Positions 8,476 through 16,984 are shown, counted from the stretch's first letter. The stretch: 64,000 nucleotides of DNA from Candidatus Nealsonbacteria bacterium DGGOD1a (GCA_022530585.1 CP092821.1:753931-817930); one strand, 5' to 3'. Notes: generated from the letters alone by a model not told the origin. Translations and numbers: made by a program.

Positions 8476-8631
8476 GAGAGGATGATGGGGACGATCGGGT
8501 TTACATCCGGCGCTGTAATTTTTATATACTCACCGGGAAACCCTTTGGACAGCGCTTTCGGAAACTGTCCCGGAGGCGAAGCCTGAAGGACGGTAACCGG
8601 CAACTGTCATATTCTTCCTCATCATTCTCCC
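8476..8631. ncRNA. unassigned ~155-nt structured RNA candidate (multi-helix, GC-richer than its surroundings)
   Basis: A long closing helix pairs GAGAGGATGATGGGG (8476-8490) with CCTCATCATTCTCCC (8617-8631). Nested helices are GGGTTT 8497-8502 / GAAACCC 8537-8543, CCGG 8507-8510 / CCGG 8533-8536, and GGACAG 8547-8552 / CTGTCC 8565-8570. CTGTCA at 8604-8609 is an alternative partner for the last one. No ORF; strand and family are undetermined. Confidence 0.45.
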
Positions 8632-8745
8632 AACTTTCACTTTTTCTCGGTAAAACGCTTATCGTCTTACACCTACATTATACAATACTTTTCTATTATT
8701 TGTCAATAGCAAAACCCGTAACCCCTCACCGGGGTATTTGTATCT

Positions 8746-8783
8746 GGGGTCTAACCCCTGTGTAATCGCAGGGGTTAGACCCC
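8746..8783. repeat. GGGTCTAACCC-type hairpin element (family H)
   Basis: GGGGTCTAACCCCTG-TGTAATCG-CAGGGGTTAGACCCC, with perfect 15-nt arms. Its reverse complement is near-identical to 40471-40508. Confidence 0.85.
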
Positions 8784-8946
8784 TTTAATGGCATTATGAA
8801 TTTAAATTCGAATACTGTTACAGGGGTCGCGCTAAAGCTTCGCAGGGGAACGACCCCAAATGCAAAAAGCGCTACCCCGGTAAGTGGTTACAAAAACCGG
8901 TGGAAACCGAAAATCGGCTTGCCGCCGGCCAAGTTCCCGGGGAAAA

Positions 8947-9177
8947 TCATGGCTGCGGGTTTTGGTTTCCCGGCGTTTCCTTTTCGTAATCCGGCCGTAT
9001 CTTTTTTCCGGGAATGCCCAGAGCCAGAAAAAAACCGCCCGCGATCAAGCTCATAACTGTCGCCACCTCGAATTGCGTTGCGGACAAAACCGAATTCTTG
9101 TGCGCCATTATCCCCAACCCGAACCCGATCAAGATTCCGCCCAGGATTGTAAAAATAAATTTAATGAATCTGTTCAT
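8947..9177 (-). CDS. small hypothetical membrane protein (2 predicted TM helices)
   Basis: 76-aa ORF with two hydrophobic stretches (FIFTILGGILIGFGLGIM, VMSLIAGGFFLALGI). No recognisable family. Confidence 0.4.
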   Translation of the reverse strand: MNRFIKFIFTILGGILIGFGLGIMAHKNSVLSATQFEVATVMSLIAGGFFLALGIPGKKIRPDYEKETPGNQNPQP

Positions 9178-9183
9178 AAATTC

Positions 9184-9258
9184 ATGATTTAAGATTTATG
9201 ATTTAAGGTTCAAGAATGAATTAAAAATCATAAATCATATCTCTTAAATCTTAAATCA
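9184..9258. repeat. AT-rich palindromic intergenic element, family F
   Basis: ATGATTTAAGATTTATGATTTAAG...CTCTTAAATCTTAAATCA; a sibling of 5172-5256. Confidence 0.7.
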
Positions 9259-9317
9259 AAGCGACAAAAAAACGAGATTACTCTATTTTATCACAAACAA
9301 AGATAAAGTCAGGCAAA

Positions 9318-12158
9318 TTAATGTTTTTTGGAAAAATCACAGATGGCTTTGAACTCGCACCACTCGCACTGCCAACCCGGCTTGGCGCGGAAATCGCTTT
9401 TGCTGATTTCCTTGATTATGGAAGCGATCTTGTCGCGCTCGTCAACCACATCTTGCCCGCTCGGAGAAAATGATAACGGCTTGCATTCGTTTAAATAAAA
9501 ATAAGTCAATTTCTCCGCGTTCAAGTCGAATACTTCCTTGGCCGCAATCTGGTAAATCATCAACTGCATCTTGTCTTCGGGCCGCAACCGCTCCTTGGCG
9601 GCGCCGGTTTTGTAATCAATGATTTCAATCCCGCGTCCGCTTTCATCAATGCGGTCAATCTTGCCCGTGATGGAATAGCCGTCGATTTTCAGATTGAAAT
9701 CCTGCTCCAGCGCCGGCACGCCATTGATGGTGTGTATCCTCGGCCGGCGGACCGAAAAATCTTTCCAAAAATTTTTTAACGATTCCAGCCCTTGTTTGTA
9801 ATATGTTTCTTTTTCGCTCTTGCCGTCGTACCATTCGTCGATCCAATTTTTTTTGTAAATATCCGCCAGCTGTTTGAAACTCCCTTTTTTGTTTCCCATT
9901 TCAAACAAGAATTCGTAAAGCGCGTTATGCATTGTTTTGCCATAGCTGAAAAACGCTTTACCGCGCGTGGGAATCCGCAAAATATGGGCAAATTTGTATT
10001 GCATCGGACACTTCTCGAACGCCGCCAACTGCGTGAACGAAAAGTGGCCCGGCAAAACTCCGCGCGCTTGCGGCTTGCGGTAGTTGTTGGCAACGCGCAC
10101 CGTACGCACTTCATCTTCATGGTTGTCGCCGTTATAACCCATTTCATGCAAAAACCGCGAAATCTTTTTGGGTCTTATCCCGCCATAGTCCGCGGCCGAG
10201 GTCAAATACAATCCGCGCCGCGCCCGAGTCATTGCCACATAAAATAAACGCCTTTCTTCTTCCAAATGCGCGTCGCCGGCCGGAACCGGATCGTTTGCCA
10301 ATTCCTCGGGAATTTCGATTTCGTCGCCGCGCGCGCCGGTCGGAAATTTCCGATCAACAAGATTGGCGATGAAAACATACTCGAATTCCAGCCCTTTGGC
10401 GGAATGAATCGTCATGATCTGCACCGCGTCCGGAGTTTTAATCGGATCGAAATTCAATTTGCCTTCCTCTCCGGATTCGATTTCCATATCAAGTTCATCA
10501 ACAAATTTTTTCAAATTGGGATCGATATTGGCCGCTTCAAAATCCTTGATTTTGCCATAAAATTGGCCTATAAAATCAATCTCGCCGCGGCGATCCTGGC
10601 GCACCAATTGCTCCAGATAACCCGAATCTTCCAAAAATGACAGCATCAATTCGGAAACTTTTCTTTCCCGCACGATCGCGCCGTGCTTTGACGCCATTTC
10701 CAGCAATTTGTTGATGCCCGCGATGCCGTGCTCGGTCAGTCCGCTTATCAACGGCAGTTCGTTTAACGACTCATAAATCGATTGGGATTTTTTATACCCG
10801 TACTGGGTAATTTTAACGATATCCGCGTTGGGAATCATCAAAAACGGCATATTGATCACCCGCCACACCGCCGAACTTTCGTGGTAATTGTTTAAAAACT
10901 TCAGGTAGGAAATGATGTCCAGCACCGCGGGCTTGGAATATAAACCTTTTAACGCCATAAATTGCGCCGGCACGCCCGACCGCTCGCACGCGCGCGCGAA
11001 TTGGCCGGCGCTCTCGTTGGCCCGCAGTAAAATCGCGAAATCGCCGTAACCGCAATTTTTTTCCTCCTTTAGAATTTTAATGATTTCATTGACCACGCCC
11101 TGCACTTCCTGCTCCACGCTTTTAAAATGCAAATGCCTGATGACGCCATCGCAATCCGCGTCAGCGATCAAACGCTTGTCTATTTTATCAATAAATTCTA
11201 AACGCCGCGGATTGTTGGCCTGGATAAAATTATAAGCCTGATCCAAAATATTCTGGCATGAACGGTAATTGCGCGTCAGCACCACGCTCTCCGCTTCGGG
11301 AAAATCTCTCTTAAACTGGACGATATTGCCAAAACTGGCGCCGCGCCAGCGATAAATCGCCTGGTCGTCGTCGGCGCATACGGTAAGATTGTTGTTCGGG
11401 GCGGCGATAAGCTTAACCAGCTCGTATTGTATCCAATTGGTGTCTTGAAACTCATCCACCAGAATATATTTGAATTGCTTGCGGAATTTTTCCAGAACCG
11501 CGGGCCGTTTTTTAAAAAGATCAACCGCGTAATTAAGCAAATCGCCGAAATCCAGCAAATTATTTTCCATTAATAAATTCCGATAATGTTCATAAGCGCG
11601 GACCAGTTCAAGCAACCTTTCTTTTTCTTCAACCGCGCCTTTGGCATACTTTAAATAATCCGCGGGAAATATTCCCTGGTCTTTGCACCGCGAGAAATGA
11701 TTGAGTAGGGCGTGGATGAACTTTGCCGGATTGCCCAGCGGTTTGTAATATTTCAACTTCAAGCGGTCAAGATTGTTCCGCACCAAAAGCCACGCCGCGG
11801 TTTGGTCAACCAGCTTGAAATTTCCCGGAATACCGATATCCAGCCCGTTTTGGCGCAAAACCCGCTCGCAAAACGAATGGAAAGTGCATATCCAAAGATC
11901 GGCATAGGCAAGCGACAACAGATCGTCCACGCGGTCTTCCATTTCGCCCGCGGCTTTGTCGGTGAAAGTAAGCGCCAAAATCTCCTCGGGCTTGGCCAAT
12001 CCTTGCTCAACAAGCCAGGCGATCCGGTGCGTGATTGCCCTGGTCTTCCCGGTCCCCGCCCCCGCCACGATCAAAAGCGGCCCCTCGCCATGGGTAACGG
12101 CGGTTTTTTGCTCCTTATTTAACTTTTCCAAATCAATCGCCATACAAAAACTTGACAA
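9318..12158 (-). CDS. UvrD/PcrA-type superfamily-1 helicase fused to a C-terminal PD-(D/E)XK (Cas4/AddB-like, Cys4) nuclease domain
   Basis: 946 aa. The N-terminus has Walker A AGAGTGKT plus ILVDEFQDTN, TRNYRS and the TIHSAKGLEF helicase motifs. The C-terminus has FEKCPMQYKF ... IIDYKTG ... WQCEWCEFKAICD, a C...CxxCx5C cluster typical of iron-sulfur RecB-family nucleases. The start may be the Met at 12143 (MAIDLEKL). Confidence 0.8.
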   Translation of the reverse strand: MSSFCMAIDLEKLNKEQKTAVTHGEGPLLIVAGAGTGKTRAITHRIAWLVEQGLAKPEEILALTFTDKAAGEMEDRVDDLLSLAYADLWICTFHSFCERVLRQNGLDIGIPGNFKLVDQTAAWLLVRNNLDRLKLKYYKPLGNPAKFIHALLNHFSRCKDQGIFPADYLKYAKGAVEEKERLLELVRAYEHYRNLLMENNLLDFGDLLNYAVDLFKKRPAVLEKFRKQFKYILVDEFQDTNWIQYELVKLIAAPNNNLTVCADDDQAIYRWRGASFGNIVQFKRDFPEAESVVLTRNYRSCQNILDQAYNFIQANNPRRLEFIDKIDKRLIADADCDGVIRHLHFKSVEQEVQGVVNEIIKILKEEKNCGYGDFAILLRANESAGQFARACERSGVPAQFMALKGLYSKPAVLDIISYLKFLNNYHESSAVWRVINMPFLMIPNADIVKITQYGYKKSQSIYESLNELPLISGLTEHGIAGINKLLEMASKHGAIVRERKVSELMLSFLEDSGYLEQLVRQDRRGEIDFIGQFYGKIKDFEAANIDPNLKKFVDELDMEIESGEEGKLNFDPIKTPDAVQIMTIHSAKGLEFEYVFIANLVDRKFPTGARGDEIEIPEELANDPVPAGDAHLEEERRLFYVAMTRARRGLYLTSAADYGGIRPKKISRFLHEMGYNGDNHEDEVRTVRVANNYRKPQARGVLPGHFSFTQLAAFEKCPMQYKFAHILRIPTRGKAFFSYGKTMHNALYEFLFEMGNKKGSFKQLADIYKKNWIDEWYDGKSEKETYYKQGLESLKNFWKDFSVRRPRIHTINGVPALEQDFNLKIDGYSITGKIDRIDESGRGIEIIDYKTGAAKERLRPEDKMQLMIYQIAAKEVFDLNAEKLTYFYLNECKPLSFSPSGQDVVDERDKIASIIKEISKSDFRAKPGWQCEWCEFKAICDFSKKH

Positions 12159-12185
12159 AAAAATTATCTATGTTAAACGCTTGTT

Positions 12186-12284
12186 ATGGATATCGGAGAT
12201 TTTATTTTGGGTGTGATAACAGGAATGATGATCGAAATACTGATAATAATGATGGCGATCATCATATATTATGTTCCAAATTAA
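12186..12284 (+). CDS. possible 32-aa hydrophobic peptide (very tentative)
   Basis: ATG at 12186 to TAA at 12282-12284, encoding MDIGDFILGVITGMMIEILIIMMAIIIYYVPN. A TTGACA hexamer lies ~30 nt upstream and a terminator hairpin downstream. Too short to support by composition alone. Confidence 0.2.
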   Translation: MDIGDFILGVITGMMIEILIIMMAIIIYYVPN

Positions 12285-12341
12285 AAGATATCCCTTTTTT
12301 TAAATCCCACTTTTGCATTTTAGCGTAAAATCAAAAAATTT

Positions 12342-12378
12342 AAAAACGCCTCTTACGATTGTCAGGGCGTTTTTGTTT
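12342..12378. terminator. bidirectional intrinsic terminator downstream of the Fe-S operon
   Basis: AAAAACGCC-loop-GGGCGTTTTTG, with A- and T-runs on either side; 23 nt beyond the iscU-like stop. Confidence 0.6.
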
Positions 12379-12400
12379 TATTGTTCGTCAATGTTCAATT

Positions 12401-12994
12401 TTATTGATTATGAATTTCTTCTTCTTTTTGCGTCCAATCTTTGTATTTTTCTTCCACAATATCTTTTTCTTTTTTGATCCGATGATGTTTTTCCTCCAAT
12501 TCTTTGGGAATCGCGCGGTTTTGCTTGGCGTAATAATCAAAAATCGCTTCCGCCAGCGCGTCGGCGGCCAAAACCGAACAATGCAATTTAATCGGCGGCA
12601 GGCCGCCCAAACTTTGCACGATCTCTTGCTTGTCAATGGCAATCGCCTCTTCTAAAGTTTTTTCTTTTGCCAAATCCGTAATCGCGCTGGAAGTGGCAAT
12701 CGCCGCCACGCACCCGAAAGTTTCAAATTTAATGTCTTTGATGATTTCTTTTCCCGCTTTATTCTTGCCCACTTTGATATACAGCCACATCACATCGCCG
12801 CAGACCAAGTTACCCACTTTGCCGACGCCGTCAGGGTTCTTGATCTTGCCATAGTTGTGTGGCCGGGAAAAATGTTCCATCACATCGGCGGTATAAGGAC
12901 CGCTGGCGGCGGTTCTTCCTTTCGGACATACGCCGCATTTGGGTTCGCAAACCGCGCGACTTTTTGTCGTTTTTTTTGTAATTTTCTTAGTCAT
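12401..12994 (-). CDS. iscU: Fe-S cluster assembly scaffold, IscU/NifU N-domain type with N- and C-terminal extensions
   Basis: 197 aa. Three conserved scaffold cysteines in their usual contexts (LVCGDVM, FGCVAAIATSS, LHCSVLA). Overlaps the desulfurase gene by 8 nt. Confidence 0.8.
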   Translation of the reverse strand: MTKKITKKTTKSRAVCEPKCGVCPKGRTAASGPYTADVMEHFSRPHNYGKIKNPDGVGKVGNLVCGDVMWLYIKVGKNKAGKEIIKDIKFETFGCVAAIATSSAITDLAKEKTLEEAIAIDKQEIVQSLGGLPPIKLHCSVLAADALAEAIFDYYAKQNRAIPKELEEKHHRIKKEKDIVEEKYKDWTQKEEEIHNQ

Positions 12995-14204
12995 TGGCTT
13001 TAAACGGCGAAATTTCTCTCAACCTCGTTATTATTTTGGGCAAGGTTTTCAAAACATAATTTACATCCGAATCCTTGGTCTGGCGCCCTATCGACAACCG
13101 GAGCGAGCCGTGCGCCTCCTGGGGCTTTAAACCGATGGCGGTAAGCACATGGCTGGCGGTCAGTTTGGCCGATGAGCAGGCCGAACCGGTCGACGCGGCA
13201 ATGCCGTTGATGTCCATCTGGATGATCATCGACTCGCCCTCCACAAACTCAAACCAAATGTTGGCGTTGCCCGGCAAGCGTTTGGCCGGATGGCCGTTTA
13301 AATGGGAACGAGGAATGTTTTTTAATATCCCGGCGATCAATTTATCGCGCAATTTTATCTGGCGCGCCGATTCTTTGGCCATTTCTTTTTTGGCGATCAA
13401 CGCCGCCTGCGCGAAACCATAGATCGCCGGCACATTCACCGTGGATGAACGCATTCCCGATTCCTGGCCGCCGCCGTGCAATATCGGTTCGATTTTCACT
13501 CCTTGGCGAACGAACAAACAAGCCGCGCCTTTCGGTCCGTAAATTTTTTGCGAACTGGCGGTCAATAAATCAATGTTCATTTTGGAAACATCAATTTCAA
13601 TTTTGCCGAATGATTGCGCCGCGTCGGTGTGAAAATACGCGCCTTTATCGCGGCATATCTTGCCGATTTCGGCAATCGGCTCAATCGTGCCGATTTCATT
13701 GTTGGCGTGCATCACCGAAACCAGCACCGTGTCGGAACGGATTGCCGCGGCGACATCGTCGGGATTTGCCAAGCCGTATTTGTCAACTTTGAGGCGCGTC
13801 ACTTCAAATCCCTGCTTTTCCAGCCACGCCGCGCTTTCCATCACGCACGCGTGCTCAATCGGCGAGATGATCAGATGTTTTCCTTTTTGGCGATTGGCAA
13901 ACATCACGCCCTTCAACGCCAAATTATTGCTTTCGGTGGCCGATCCGGTAAAAATAATTTCTTTCGCCGGCGCGCCGATAACCGACGCGACATCTTGGCG
14001 GCTTTGTTCCAAAACCGCGCGGGCATCCTGGCCGAAAGAATGAAACGACATTGAATTGGCAAAAATTTCCGGCAAAATACCGGCGGCAAGTTTGGCCGCC
14101 CGCGGATCAACCGGAGTGGCCGCGCCATAATCCATATATATCCGCTTGGGTTGCAACTGACGATCGCTTTTATTTTTCTTAACAATTATTTTTTTAACCA
14201 TCAT
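12987..14204 (-). CDS. iscS: cysteine desulfurase (NifS/IscS family)
   Basis: PLP-lysine context SSQKIYGPKG and active-site loop STGSACSS. Start moved to the ATG-ATG at 14204, because the first 8 codons of the track ORF (MHFKFLNN) read into a repeat element. Confidence 0.85.
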   Translation of the reverse strand: MMVKKIIVKKNKSDRQLQPKRIYMDYGAATPVDPRAAKLAAGILPEIFANSMSFHSFGQDARAVLEQSRQDVASVIGAPAKEIIFTGSATESNNLALKGVMFANRQKGKHLIISPIEHACVMESAAWLEKQGFEVTRLKVDKYGLANPDDVAAAIRSDTVLVSVMHANNEIGTIEPIAEIGKICRDKGAYFHTDAAQSFGKIEIDVSKMNIDLLTASSQKIYGPKGAACLFVRQGVKIEPILHGGGQESGMRSSTVNVPAIYGFAQAALIAKKEMAKESARQIKLRDKLIAGILKNIPRSHLNGHPAKRLPGNANIWFEFVEGESMIIQMDINGIAASTGSACSSAKLTASHVLTAIGLKPQEAHGSLRLSIGRQTKDSDVNYVLKTLPKIITRLREISPFKAND

Positions 14205-14228
14205 ATTGTTTAAAAATTTAAAATGCAA

Positions 14229-14306
14229 AAATCAAAATGAAAAGTTAAAATGAAGAAACGACATTTTTAATTTTAAACTGTCATTTTTCATTTTGATTTT
14301 TACATT
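14229..14306. repeat. AT-rich palindromic intergenic element, family E (CAAAATGA.../...TCATTTTG arms)
   Basis: AAAATGCAAAAATCAAAATGAAAAG...CTGTCATTTTTCATTTTGATTTTTACATTTT. Siblings at 14712-14830, 39058-39190, 60336-60458 and 61785-61905. Confidence 0.75.
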
Positions 14307-14711
14307 TTAAATTTTTTTGTTAATTAAATCATCCAAACTCACGGAATCGAGAAAATCGCTGACCGCGGCTTGCATTTTGATCCACAGGCATTTGGTTAAA
14401 CAATCGTTTTGGCGCGGACATTTGCCGTCGATGCACTTAACTTTCGTGGCCGGATTTTCAATGGCGTTAAAAATCTCTCCGATCTTAATTTTGTCCGCGC
14501 TTTTGCCCATAATATATCCGCCGCGCACGCCCTTTTTGGCCGCCACCAAATTCGCTTTCAAAAGCTTGGCGAAAATTTTTTCCAAATAATCCGCGGGCAT
14601 TTTCTCGCGGATGGCAATCTCGCGCACCGACACCGCGCGGTTATCAATTGAATTTTGCGCCAAATAAGCCATCGCCCGCAACCCGTATTGCACCTTGGTG
14701 GATATCTTCAT
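14307..14711 (-). CDS. Rrf2-family transcriptional regulator (IscR-like)
   Basis: 134 aa. N-terminal winged-helix signature MKISTKVQYGLRAMAYLA; first gene of the Fe-S operon. Confidence 0.8.
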   Translation of the reverse strand: MKISTKVQYGLRAMAYLAQNSIDNRAVSVREIAIREKMPADYLEKIFAKLLKANLVAAKKGVRGGYIMGKSADKIKIGEIFNAIENPATKVKCIDGKCPRQNDCLTKCLWIKMQAAVSDFLDSVSLDDLINKKI

Positions 14712-14830
14712 CGTAAATGTAAAATGTAAATATCAAAGATAAAAATGACAATTTAAAAATTAAAAATTACAATTAAACAATTTTAAATTTTACTCTGTCG
14801 CTTTCCATTTTGATTTTTTAACTTCAAATT
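14712..14830. repeat. AT-rich palindromic intergenic element, family E
   Basis: TGTAAAATGTAAATATCAAAGATAAAAATGACAAT...GTCGCTTTCCATTTTGATTTTTTAAC. Confidence 0.7.
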
Positions 14831-14906
14831 ATATTAAAGCCGACTCTTTTCGTCGGCTTTAATATATCATCATTGAACCGCGCCTGTCAAATTGAAAATA
14901 GTTCCT

Positions 14907-15030
14907 TTGAATTGCGAAGCCGTTAAATTCAAACGCTTTAAAGGGGTCTAACCCTTGCGATTATCCCTCGCAAAAGCCTCGGGACAGGCGCGAGGGATAG
15001 ACCCCAAATACAAAGCGTTTCGCAACTCAA
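14907..15030 (+). mobile_element. MITE-like element, family G (TIR TTGAATTGCGAA...; GC-rich GGGGTCTAACCC core), copy A
   Basis: Left TIR TTGAATTGCGAAGCC and right TIR GCGTTTCGCAACTCAA, with core GGGGTCTAACCCTTGCGATTATCCCTCGCAAAAGCCTCGGGACAGGCGCGAGGGATAGACCCC. Near-identical to the reverse complement of 16860-16984. Confidence 0.8.
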
Positions 15031-15035
15031 GATAA

Positions 15036-15668
15036 TTAAGTTTTCTTTTTAAATTCCAAATACGAATAAACAACCAGATAGAAAGACAAAATTATTATCA
15101 AGCCCGTAAAGATTATAAATCCCCATTCACCCAAAAAGATCGTTGCCAAACTTAAAATAGCGATAATCTTAAAAATTTTCGCGCCCAATTTGTTGGTTTT
15201 GTCCCAGACCTTTTCGCTCGACAGAGTCCATGGAGTGCGGATGCCGATGAACCAATTTTGTTTTGTGTTTTCCAAGATCGTAGCGATAAAATAGAAAAGG
15301 ATGGCCATTGCCGGCATAATCGCCGCGGTCATATTAAATTCGATGCCGTTGTTGAACAGAACGGTAAGCGCGTAAATATAGGCCATAAACGCCACGAACG
15401 CGGATATGAATTTATCATAATAATTACCGAACTTCGCGTAATTCTCTTTCAAGGGATCAATCTTGGGCAAGACTAAAAATAATAAAAACATCGCCAAAGT
15501 GATTATGGGCATCAAAAACAACGCCCAAAATTTAGGCATATAACCGTTGGCGTTCCCGTCGCTTCCCCAATGGCTGGCCATCAATTCCGGCATTGCCGCA
15601 TAGAAATACGCGCCCGCGGCAAAACACAAAACTATTGCCGCAAAATCAATTTTTTCAATGTTCTTCAT
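15036..15668 (-). CDS. SdpI/DUF1648-like integral membrane protein
   Basis: Start reset to MKNIEKIDFAAIVL. The MASHWGSDGNANGYMPKFWALF motif and about six TM helices resemble the SdpI/YhfL family. Confidence 0.55.
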   Translation of the reverse strand: MKNIEKIDFAAIVLCFAAGAYFYAAMPELMASHWGSDGNANGYMPKFWALFLMPIITLAMFLLFLVLPKIDPLKENYAKFGNYYDKFISAFVAFMAYIYALTVLFNNGIEFNMTAAIMPAMAILFYFIATILENTKQNWFIGIRTPWTLSSEKVWDKTNKLGAKIFKIIAILSLATIFLGEWGFIIFTGLIIILSFYLVVYSYLEFKKKT

Positions 15669-15672
15669 GAAT

Positions 15673-16829
15673 TTACGGCCTATCGGCAATCCCCTTGTTT
15701 TTGGAGAAAAGATAACGCATGCCGCCCAAACCCCAGACGATCGCGGCAAACGAGAATATGCCGCCGATCACCGGTATGGCGAATAAAATCCAAAGAACGG
15801 CAACGCCGACCAGCGCTTGGGCGGCCGGTGAATCCTGCTTGCTTTTCCAATAGTCTTTGGTAATTTTTCTGCCCACCGCGATCGCGGCCAAAACTCTTGA
15901 CAGAAACAGCGCGGCGATAAAAAGCAAGACTGCCAGTATCGCCACCGGAATGCCGATGATTGTAATCGCCAGCGCAATCGCGGCAATCGGAACCGCGATC
16001 ATAATTATCAATCCCCAGCCAAACGACCGGCCGGGTTTTTTCAAGATCGCCCCGGCAATCTTTGATGTGAGATTTTTAAATAAAAACACCAGCGCCAGCG
16101 CAACCGCCAGATTGATAATAAGACCCATCGCTTTGTCCGCGGCATTTTGCCAAACTGTTTTTCGCGCCTTCGAAAAAACCGTGCCGTCCTTGACCGCGGG
16201 AACGGTTCGATTGACGCCGCCCAAAATCTGCCCGCCCTGATTTGCCAATTCGTTGTCGCTGGTATAGTTCAGCTCGCCGCCAATACGGCTGTCTTTTCGC
16301 AAAGTCAGATTTTTATCGTAAAAATCGGCATTGCCGGCGATATCGCCGTTAATGGATATTCTGTTGCCGGCGCCGGCGATATTGCCGGCGATCCGGCCGC
16401 CGATATCGGCTTGCTGGCCGGCAAAAAGCATTTCTCCGGCGATCGCCGAACCGGCCGATATTGTTTGCGCCGCCACGGTTACATTTCTCCCGCCGCGCCG
16501 CTGATTTTCACAATCTGGCCAACGCACCGCACGCTTCCGCTCACGGCGCCGGTGATCGTGATATTTTGACCGGCGCAAATGATATCGCCGTCGACGGCGC
16601 CGTTAATATCGATATTCTGTCCGGCGCAAATGATATCGCCTTTAATATCGCCGTCAATCATGACCGTTTGGCCGGAAGCTAAAAGCGTTCCATCGACAAC
16701 CTCGCTTTTGGGCACGACAACCTGCGATCCGGTTCTTGCCGCGAAAGCAAGCGCGTCCTTTGGAAACACGAAATTCAGAATCAAAAAAACCGCGAAAAAG
16801 AAACGCGCGAACAAGCGTTTTGTGTTCAT
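15673..16829 (-). pseudogene. secreted bactofilin-like beta-helix repeat protein with a C-terminal multi-TM domain, interrupted by a frameshift
   Basis: ORF 16829-16479 has a signal peptide plus GDIxGDIICAGQNIxIxGAV repeats. ORF 16578-15673 continues the same repeat type (NVTVAAQTISAGSAIAGEMLFAG...) and then 4-5 TM helices. The frames meet at GGA GAA ATG TAA (16490-16479), and the first ~30 codons of the second ORF look out of frame. Confidence 0.6.
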
Positions 16830-16859
16830 ATGTGGTTATTCACCGGTTATTATTTTACT

Positions 16860-16984
16860 TTGAATTATGAAACGCTTTACATTCTGGGGTCTATCCCTTG
16901 CGCCTGTCCCGAGGCTTTTGCGAGGGATAATCGCAAGGGTTAGACCCCTTCAAAGCATTTGAATTTAATGGTTTCGTAATCCAA
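16860..16984 (-). mobile_element. MITE-like element, family G, copy B (inverted relative to copy A)
   Basis: The reverse complement reads TTGGATTACGAAACCATTAAATTCAAATGCTTTGAAGGGGTCTAACCCTTGCGATTATCCCTCGCAAAAGCCTCGGGACAGGCGCAAGGGATAGACCCC...AAAGCGTTTCATAATTCA. It matches copy A almost base for base in the core. Confidence 0.8.

Noticed and set aside
8476-8631. Assignment of the structured RNA candidate to a known family (cobalamin, SAM-I, TPP, glycine, c-di-GMP or ykkC riboswitch; SRP, 6S, tmRNA or RNase P).
   Set aside because: Only short fragments resemble these consensus sequences (for example ATCCGGCGCTG, GGCAACTGT, GGGAAACCC), and they occur in the wrong order. No GGAAAGTCC, no SRP GNAR/AGCA hairpin and no tRNA-like end is present. 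There is also no downstream gene for a plus-strand riboswitch. I left it unassigned.
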